This document shows positions 57,916 to 64,000 of a DNA stretch of 64,000 nucleotides, piece by piece. A program made the position numbers and the translations under genes. The notes beneath the pieces are model-generated. The model was not told the DNA's origin, ran no database searches, and was given only the letters and a program-made list of their open reading frames with translations. Numbering within the stretch: position 1 is the first letter of the stretch; every line of letters begins with the position of its first letter. Source of the DNA: Gemmatimonadota bacterium (GTDB lineage Bacteria; Gemmatimonadota; Gemmatimonadetes; Gemmatimonadales; GWC2-71-9); NCBI GenBank assembly GCA_022563595.1, contig JADFNB010000015.1:10105-74104 (forward strand). Reading direction: 5' to 3'.

Positions 57916-59691
57916 CTAGGTCTCTGCCGACGCTCCTTCGGGCGCCTCCTGAGCGCGCGCGGCGAGCGCACGGCGCACGGCCGAGACGGCTTCGAAGACC
58001 AGCCAGATCTCCAACACGAAAACCGCACCGCCGACGCCCAACAGCACTATCTGGGAATCCGTCCAATAGCGGATGAGGTTCAGAACCATCGCCCAGGTCG
58101 TCATGACCAGCAGAAAGGCCATCGGCACCGCCGTGACCCAGATCCGCCGTCGCAGACGGTAGAGGAACAGCGTTACGACGAGCAGGCTCAGGGCGCCTGT
58201 GAGTTGGTTTGTCGTCCCGAACAGCGGCCAGAGCCGCATGCCACCGGCGCCACGGTCGATGCCGAGCGCCATCAACGCGCAGCTCCCCACGGCCACGGCC
58301 GTGGCGAACCAGCGGTTCCGCGCTATGCTCACTTTGTACTCCGCCCCCAGCTCGGAGATGATGTAGCGCTGCAACCGGACGCCGGTGTCCATAGTTGTAG
58401 CGGCGAACGTGATCACCACCACCGCCGCGAAGATCACTGCCACCGGCTCCGGAATCCCGACCCCCTGCGCCAGGTACCCGACGCCGGTCACGAATGCCGT
58501 AGTCGCGCCGGCCGAGGCGCGTGCCCACGTACCGTAGTGCTCGTGCCACCCGTCGACGCCGACGACCATCGCGAACCCAGCCGTCGTCGCCAGGATCGAG
58601 GTCAGCGCGAGCGCCCCTTCGCCGATGGCTCCGCCGTAACCGATGTAGCGCGCGTCGGTCTCCACGTTGAGTTGCTTGGCCGACGTCCCGGAGGCGACGA
58701 GTCCGTGGAACCCGCTGATGGCGCCGCACGCAATCGTTATGAACAGGAGCGGAAACCAACTCGGCGCGTCGTCGGGCAGCCGTGTGTTCACGGCCGGGGC
58801 AACGATCGTCGGGTTCGTGATGAGCACTCCAAGAAAGATGATCCCCAGTGCGACGAAAAGCTGGTGACTGTTCACATAGTCGCGCGGCTGGAGCAGAAGC
58901 CAGACCGGCAGGACGCTGGCGAAAAAGGCGTATACGAAGAGGATGATGACCCAGCCAGCCCGCACCCCGTCCGTCCGTGCGGCGGCGGCCGCCACCACCG
59001 GGTCACCCGCAGCCGCGGTGATCTGAGCTGCCGTCGGCGCGAACCCGAAGAAATCCGGCAGCTGGAACGGGACGTATTGCCCCAGCCAGATGAGGACGTA
59101 GAGAATCACCAGGGCGGCCAGTGAAGGGCCGAGTATGCCCAGCTTCGTCCTGTAGATCAGCATGCCCACCACGAGTGCCACTGCGAGGCTGCCCCACACC
59201 GGCAAGACCGCGCCGGGATTCCTCAGGAGCAGGTTGGCGATCACGACAGCGAAGACAGCGTTCACCAGAAGCAGCAAGAAGAAGATGATCAGCAGAAAGA
59301 GCACCCGGGCCCGTCCACCGACGATCGACTCGGCCAGCGTGCCAATCGAGTTGGCCTTGTGCCGCGTCGAGATCCACAACGTGCCGAAGTCGTGCACGGC
59401 ACCGGCGAAGATGGTACCGAGCACCACCCAGAGAAACGCCGGCAGCCATCCCCAGATCACCGCGATCGCAGGGCCTACTATGGGAGCCGCTCCCGCCACG
59501 GACGTGAAGTGATGCCCGAAGAGCACGTGCCGGTTCGTCGGCACGAAGTCGACGCCGTCCTCGAACTCGTGTGCCGGCGTCCGGAAGTCGGGATCGAGCT
59601 GATAGATGCGGCGCGCGATGTAGCGGGAGTAGATCTGATAGCCCGTTAGCAAAGCCAACAGACCGACCGCGAGCAGGGCGATTGAACTCAA
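57916..59691 (-). CDS. cstA: Carbon starvation protein A family transporter
   Basis: TPAH...DG.DFVPT, GHHF.S.AGAAPIVGP, QPRDY.N, IACGAISGFH, TTMDTG.R and WPLFG..NQL. Confidence 0.95.
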   Translation of the reverse strand: MSSIALLAVGLLALLTGYQIYSRYIARRIYQLDPDFRTPAHEFEDGVDFVPTNRHVLFGHHFTSVAGAAPIVGPAIAVIWGWLPAFLWVVLGTIFAGAVHDFGTLWISTRHKANSIGTLAESIVGGRARVLFLLIIFFLLLLVNAVFAVVIANLLLRNPGAVLPVWGSLAVALVVGMLIYRTKLGILGPSLAALVILYVLIWLGQYVPFQLPDFFGFAPTAAQITAAAGDPVVAAAAARTDGVRAGWVIILFVYAFFASVLPVWLLLQPRDYVNSHQLFVALGIIFLGVLITNPTIVAPAVNTRLPDDAPSWFPLLFITIACGAISGFHGLVASGTSAKQLNVETDARYIGYGGAIGEGALALTSILATTAGFAMVVGVDGWHEHYGTWARASAGATTAFVTGVGYLAQGVGIPEPVAVIFAAVVVITFAATTMDTGVRLQRYIISELGAEYKVSIARNRWFATAVAVGSCALMALGIDRGAGGMRLWPLFGTTNQLTGALSLLVVTLFLYRLRRRIWVTAVPMAFLLVMTTWAMVLNLIRYWTDSQIVLLGVGGAVFVLEIWLVFEAVSAVRRALAARAQEAPEGASAET

Positions 59692-59755
59692 GAGACCTCC
59701 CGGTCAACGCGCGAGTAATCTACGACGTGCCGCGCGGCGGCGTACGGTGGCGGCC

Positions 59756-60718
59756 CTATGTCACCACCGCCAGCGAGGCCGCCAGCCGCCGTAGTGCGTC
59801 GACGCCAACCACGTCGGCGTCCAGTAGCGGAACATGGACCACCGGATACCCGTCGAAGGTCTCCTCGATCCGCGTCAGATACGTTCGCTCCCGTTGCCTT
59901 CGCCGAGCGAGGAAAGCGCCTTCGGCGTCATCGGGCAGCACGCGGTTCACCAGGATAGCGCCTATGGGGATTCCGTACTTCGCCAGCGCGCGCACCGCTT
60001 TTCCCGTCTCCAGAATCGGCAATCGTTCCGGAATCAGCACGAAGGCGAAGGCGGTCCGGCGCGCGTCGGTCAACACTTCCCGCGTGAGCGCGAACCGGTC
60101 ACGCCGCGCCTCCAGTGCCTCCAGCACCGCGTCGCGGTCATCGATGTCGCCCGCCGCCGCTCCTGCCACGTTGCGCCACATCCGCCCGAGAGCGCTGACC
60201 TTCTTGCGCCTCCCGATCAAAGCGGTCATCCACGTCTGCATCTGCTCGGGCAGTGCCAGGAGACGCAGCGTATGTCCCAGCGGCGCCGTATCGAACACGA
60301 TTCGGTCGTACCGATCCCGCTCGTTCTGAATGATCCGGGCGAACCGTTCGAACAAAGCCGATTCTTCGGCCCCCGGCGTGAGGCGGGCGATGTCGATCTG
60401 CCGCTCCACTTCATCGAGCAGGCGGGGCGGCGTAGATTGGACGATACGCTCCTTGACGTCCGCTATGTACCGATCCGCTTCTACGGTGGGATCGATCTCC
60501 AGCGCCCACAGATCCTCGAGAACCGTCCGTGGTTCGGCGCCGAGCGCGGCCTCCAGAATATCACCGGTAGAGTGGGCCGGATCGGTCGACACGAGCAGCG
60601 TCCGCGCACCACCTTCGGCGGAGTGGATGGCGAACGCGGCCGCGAGTGTCGTTTTCCCCACACCACCCTTGCCACCGAAGAACACGATCTCGCGGGTGAG
60701 CAACGACGCGAACGTCAT
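59756..60718 (-). CDS. ArsA/GET3-family ATPase, single domain, no cysteines
   Basis: GGKGGVGKTT, STDPAHS, PG.EE, FDTAPLGHT.RLL and PE.LP..ET. Confidence 0.93.
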   Translation of the reverse strand: MTFASLLTREIVFFGGKGGVGKTTLAAAFAIHSAEGGARTLLVSTDPAHSTGDILEAALGAEPRTVLEDLWALEIDPTVEADRYIADVKERIVQSTPPRLLDEVERQIDIARLTPGAEESALFERFARIIQNERDRYDRIVFDTAPLGHTLRLLALPEQMQTWMTALIGRRKKVSALGRMWRNVAGAAAGDIDDRDAVLEALEARRDRFALTREVLTDARRTAFAFVLIPERLPILETGKAVRALAKYGIPIGAILVNRVLPDDAEGAFLARRRQRERTYLTRIEETFDGYPVVHVPLLDADVVGVDALRRLAASLAVVT

Positions 60719-60722
60719 CGAT

Positions 60723-60992
60723 TCAGCAACACCGGAAACCGCCTGCGGGCGCGTGCGGCATCCCCATCCGCAGATGCCACTGGTGGAACTGCTCGATGAG
60801 TTCCGGATAGAGTTCCAGCGTGTAGAACCCGACGGGGTTCGGGACGCCGATCAGATCGGAGAACCCCAACAGGAAAAACAGGTCGCGCTGCCGCAGATAC
60901 TCGCGGTGAATCTCCGAGCGGTACGGAGCGATGAAGACGCCCTCGTAGATCTCGCGCGCCGCCCGCAATCGAGCCCTCAGCCGCGACCACAT
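60723..60992 (-). CDS. Small Cys-Cys-stop protein (CC-star type, CstA/ArsA-associated)
   Basis: APYR, DLF.L..FSD..GVPNP..FYTLEL.P, FHQWH.RMG and GGFRCC-stop; 4 nt upstream of the ATPase gene. Confidence 0.85.
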   Translation of the reverse strand: MWSRLRARLRAAREIYEGVFIAPYRSEIHREYLRQRDLFFLLGFSDLIGVPNPVGFYTLELYPELIEQFHQWHLRMGMPHAPAGGFRCC

Positions 60993-61029
60993 CCCTGCCG
61001 AGTTATCTATGGCCCCCTCCTACTAACAT

Positions 61030-61127
61030 CCAGTACGACCGTAGCCGCCACCAACATCGATGACGCTGTCGAGCCCGAACGCTACGAGCCACGATGCTGC
61101 GGGCGCCCAGACCGGCCCGAAGCGCGA
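61030..61127 (-). pseudogene. Fragment of a cation-efflux (CDF-like) membrane transporter gene
   Basis: Across two frameshifts it reads VALRAGLGARSI / LVAFGLDSVID / VAATVVL, matching the AG..AGS.AL..FGLDS.IE....VV pattern. No start codon. Confidence 0.5.
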
Positions 61128-61184
61128 CTACTCGCGCCAATCGGTGTGTATCTCACCGGCCAGGTAGACGGTGACGTGCATCAT
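61128..61184 (-). pseudogene. Truncated YtoQ-family gene (18 codons)
   Basis: ATGA overlap with the ytxJ stop and a GGAGG RBS. MMHVTVYLAGEIHTDWRE-stop matches the YtoQ N-terminal motif VYL.GEIH.DWR as I recall it. Confidence 0.65.
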
Positions 61185-61507
61185 TGGCCTCCCAGCGCCA
61201 GCGACAGGGCTTTGGCCCGAATGCCCAGATGGGACGCCGACCAGGTGGCCGTCCCGCCCTGAACCAGGATGGCCTGCGGCGATGCGTGACCCACCTGCAG
61301 GCGTCTCGCGATCAGGTCCGACAGATCGGCCTGCGCCACGACATCGACCACATATACCGGTGTGTCTGGATGTAGCTCGACAAAGCGTCGGACTTGGCGC
61401 AACGCGAGCGCACTCTGCCAGCAGAGCGGACTGTGCTTGTACAGCAAGGCGCGAGACGACCCGAGCGCCTTGTCCACCATCGACCTATCCGCGAGCGTCC
61501 GGATCAT
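61181..61507 (-). CDS. ytxJ: YtxJ/BrxC-family monothiol redoxin
   Basis: LYKHS.LC..S, LS..IA..L.V.H.SPQ and W.ASH..I. Confidence 0.85.
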   Translation of the reverse strand: MIRTLADRSMVDKALGSSRALLYKHSPLCWQSALALRQVRRFVELHPDTPVYVVDVVAQADLSDLIARRLQVGHASPQAILVQGGTATWSASHLGIRAKALSLALGGQ

Positions 61508-62487
61508 CGTGCAGGCCCGGTCTCGTCTTGCGCGACCACCATTCGGTCGAGCGTCTGCCCGATCACGGTCACCGCCTCACCCAGGAGAGAATTCCGGATG
61601 GTCGAGCCCGTCACGCGCGCCCCCGCACCAACTATGGTGTGTTCCAGCGCGCTGGACGTGACTCTCGCACCCGCTTCAATGGTAACGTTCGGCCCGATCG
61701 TACAGTTCTCCAGATGCACGCCGTCCTCGACCCGCACGGGCTCCTCGATCGTCACGCCCAGTCCCTCCGCCGGATGTTTCGCGCGACCCGTGTTGAGCAG
61801 GTGCAGGTTCGTGTCCAGCAACGTCTCCACCTTGCCACAGTCATACCAGCCCGACACCTCAGCCGTTCGGATCTTCCGGCTCCGGTCGATCATGTGCTGG
61901 AATGCATCCGTGAGGAACCACTCCCCTTTCTGTTTCGGCTGCTGGAGGGTCCAGGCGATTCCCTCGAACAGTGCTTCCCAGTCGCGCATGTAGTACAGAC
62001 CGATATTGGCGAGCTTCGAGATCGGCTCGGATGGTTTCTCGACAATCCTGGTCATGAACCCGTCTTCGTCGGTGACGACGACGCCGAACCGCTGGTAGTC
62101 CTCGACTTCCATCGCCCAGATGATCCCGTCGGCATCCACCCGGTCGATGAGCGTCAGGTCCGCGTCGAACAGCGTGTCGACAAAGACGATCAGCACCGGC
62201 CCGTCCACGTAAGGCTGCGCCAGCCTGACCGCGCCGGCCGTCCCGTCCTGCACCTGCTGTTCGATGAAGCGTGCCGGCTGCTTGTAGTGGCTCCGCACGT
62301 GCTTCTCAACAGGCTCCTTGAGGTGTCCCGTGATGATGATCAACTCCTCGACATCGAGTGGTTCGAGCTTGTCCATCACGTAGTCCATGACTGGCCGCCC
62401 GGCCACCCGAATCAACGGCTTCGGAATGTGTTTCGTGAGCGGCAGGAGCCGCGTGCCCTTTCCCGCGAGCGGTATGACGACCTTCAC
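61504..62487 (-). CDS. Sugar-phosphate nucleotidyltransferase with C-terminal hexapeptide repeats
   Basis: LAGKGTRL.PLT...PKPL, FGVV, VEKP, LTDA and WYDCG. Confidence 0.92.
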   Translation of the reverse strand: MKVVIPLAGKGTRLLPLTKHIPKPLIRVAGRPVMDYVMDKLEPLDVEELIIITGHLKEPVEKHVRSHYKQPARFIEQQVQDGTAGAVRLAQPYVDGPVLIVFVDTLFDADLTLIDRVDADGIIWAMEVEDYQRFGVVVTDEDGFMTRIVEKPSEPISKLANIGLYYMRDWEALFEGIAWTLQQPKQKGEWFLTDAFQHMIDRSRKIRTAEVSGWYDCGKVETLLDTNLHLLNTGRAKHPAEGLGVTIEEPVRVEDGVHLENCTIGPNVTIEAGARVTSSALEHTIVGAGARVTGSTIRNSLLGEAVTVIGQTLDRMVVAQDETGPAR

Positions 62488-62838
62488 CTACACTCTCCCA
62501 TAGCGGTCCTCGATCCGCACGACATCTTCCAGTTCCGGCGTCGACGCCTCGAGCAGGTCGGCAGGCGTCACCGCCTCCATCTGGTGGACCGTGTACGGCG
62601 TCACGTGGTAGCTGTCGCCTTCAGTCATGCGGATCTCTGTAAGCTCATCATCGACTTTCACGCGAAAGATGATCTCCCCCTTCAGCACGTAGATCGTCTC
62701 GTCCTTCTTCTCGTGATACTGGAGGCTGAGAAGGTGACCCGGCTCAATATGCAGGATCTTTCCGACGTACCGATCGGTTCGCGCCCAGATGAGTTCGTAG
62801 CCCCATGGCTTCTCGACACGATAGGGAGGCTCCGGCAT
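62488..62838 (-). CDS. Cupin protein (mannose-6-phosphate isomerase type II C-terminal-like)
   Basis: EKPWG, LSLQYH..KDE, HQM and EASTPELEDVVR.ED.YGR. Confidence 0.9.
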   Translation of the reverse strand: MPEPPYRVEKPWGYELIWARTDRYVGKILHIEPGHLLSLQYHEKKDETIYVLKGEIIFRVKVDDELTEIRMTEGDSYHVTPYTVHQMEAVTPADLLEASTPELEDVVRIEDRYGRV

Positions 62839-63419
62839 CAGCTCTCCAGGACATGAAGTTTGAAGGACGATGGACGGGTGACGCATTCCTTGACACACAC
62901 CCCACATCCCACACATCCCTCGGCCTTGATCACTGGCCGCCCGGTTTCGTCCTCGACAATCGCTTTTTCTCCAATCGGGCAGGCGCGCACGCACACGCAG
63001 CACTCCGACCCTTGAAACGCGATGCAACTTTCCGGAATCAACTCCAGCCGCGCCATCGCGTACCCCTCCCAGCGCCACTCGGGCAAGATCAAGGCCTCTG
63101 TAGGACAGACCGCAGCACATGGGATGTCCGGACAGGCCACGCACGGCTGCACCGCCGGTTCGAGTACCGGGGTTCCGGCGGCGAACCCGGCCTTGGGCGG
63201 CGCCTTCACGATGGCATTCACCGGGCAGACCTCGATGCATTCGTTGCACCGGGTGCACGCGGCGAGGAACGCGATCTCATCGATTGCACCTGGGGGCCGG
63301 AAGTAGCGCTCCGTCACGACGCGCCGCTCGGTGCGCGCGGCTACCTCCTGCGCGAGCCTGCCAAACGTCTCGCGAAGAAAATCACGCCTCGTGCCGTCCG
63401 CATTGATCATTCGCGTCAT
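62838..63419 (-). CDS. Ferredoxin-type 4Fe-4S protein (NapF/NapG/MauM-like)
   Basis: RRDFL, RPPGA..E..F...CTRCNECIEVCP and three further Cys clusters. Confidence 0.9.
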   Translation of the reverse strand: MTRMINADGTRRDFLRETFGRLAQEVAARTERRVVTERYFRPPGAIDEIAFLAACTRCNECIEVCPVNAIVKAPPKAGFAAGTPVLEPAVQPCVACPDIPCAAVCPTEALILPEWRWEGYAMARLELIPESCIAFQGSECCVCVRACPIGEKAIVEDETGRPVIKAEGCVGCGVCVKECVTRPSSFKLHVLES

Positions 63420-63910
63420 GTCAGACCGTCACCCGCTTCGTTGCCACATTACTGATCCAGCCTCGGCCGCGTTGCATCGGTCTGCGCTTCGGGCTGGAAC
63501 CACTGATGGTTGCATGGAACCGGTGCGCTGGAAAGGTAGCCGGAACCGGCCGTCGGGGCACCGTCACGCTGCGCGGAGCACGTGAGGCGGCTCGAGACCC
63601 AACTGGAGGCATTGCGGCGCCAGCACGGCACACCCGCCGAAGTACCGCGCGGTTCAAAAATATATCTTACGAGGCACACCTGCACTGGCGCCCCGGGCCG
63701 TAGTGCTCGGCCTGGAGTTCCTGGGGGATCGAGACTACGTATCCGCCGCCGACCGACGTGGGCCACGGTGAACCATCTCACGTGATCGGAGGATTCATCT
63801 TGTAGCACGCCGTCCAGTCGGACGCGGCCACACGCCGTTGACGAAACGAGGTTGACCGTTCGTCCGGGACACGCCTTCGTTGCACGGGGTACGTGAGTAC
63901 CTTTCAGTCC

Positions 63911-64000
63911 ATGTTGAGCCTGATCCTGGTCGCTTCCCTACAGATCCAAGTGCCCCAGCCCACGGGGTTCGTGAACGATTTCGCGAGCGTCATCGATCCC
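63911..64000 (+). CDS. TPM-domain protein (5' end only, runs off the right edge)
   Basis: MLSLILVASLQIQVPQPTGFVNDFASVIDP carries the TPM N-terminal P.P.G.VND.A motif. Confidence 0.7.
   Translation, partial: MLSLILVASLQIQVPQPTGFVNDFASVIDP

Noticed and set aside
59756..60718. Arsenic-resistance arsA
   Set aside because: Single domain, no Cys ligands, and no arsB/acr3/arsC/arsD/arsR nearby.
60715..60735. Selenocysteine read-through at the TGA after Cys-Cys
   Set aside because: The next gene starts 4 nt later, there is no nearby second stop, and I see no convincing SECIS hairpin. The TGA is best read as a stop.

Overview
GC-rich bacterial chromosomal segment, probably Gemmatimonadota (inferred from the tandem 'ALADRYxIERELGxGGMATVYLAxDLKH' kinase-TM-TPR genes; not verified). 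It is densely coding and mostly housekeeping: glmS (partial), glmM, purD, mutM, a UvrC-N/Cho-like nuclease, a Phd/PIN toxin-antitoxin pair, ubiE, mrp, guaB, a tungstate/molybdate-Moco operon, an etfB-etfA-ETF-QO/acyl-CoA cluster and cstA. I found no rRNA, tRNA, CRISPR array, integrase or transposase. The best candidate for an undescribed system is 21.3-32.2 kb. There a lipoprotein metallophosphoesterase, an exported protein fusing an atypical (CotH/HipA/PI4K-like) kinase domain to an Omp85 barrel, a membrane Ser/Thr kinase, an HtrA protease and two TLC/NTT-family nucleotide translocases sit together. My hypothesis is an ATP-supplied, reversible extracytoplasmic phosphorylation system. Other highlights are a SigW-type promoter motif (TGAAAC-N16-CGTA) that can be read directly from the DNA, a Cys-Cys-stop small protein/Cys-free ArsA-like ATPase/CstA trio, a small ORF copying the C-terminal helix of its neighbour, and a YtoQ/cation-efflux deletion scar. 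All family calls come from motif recognition by eye; no searches were run.
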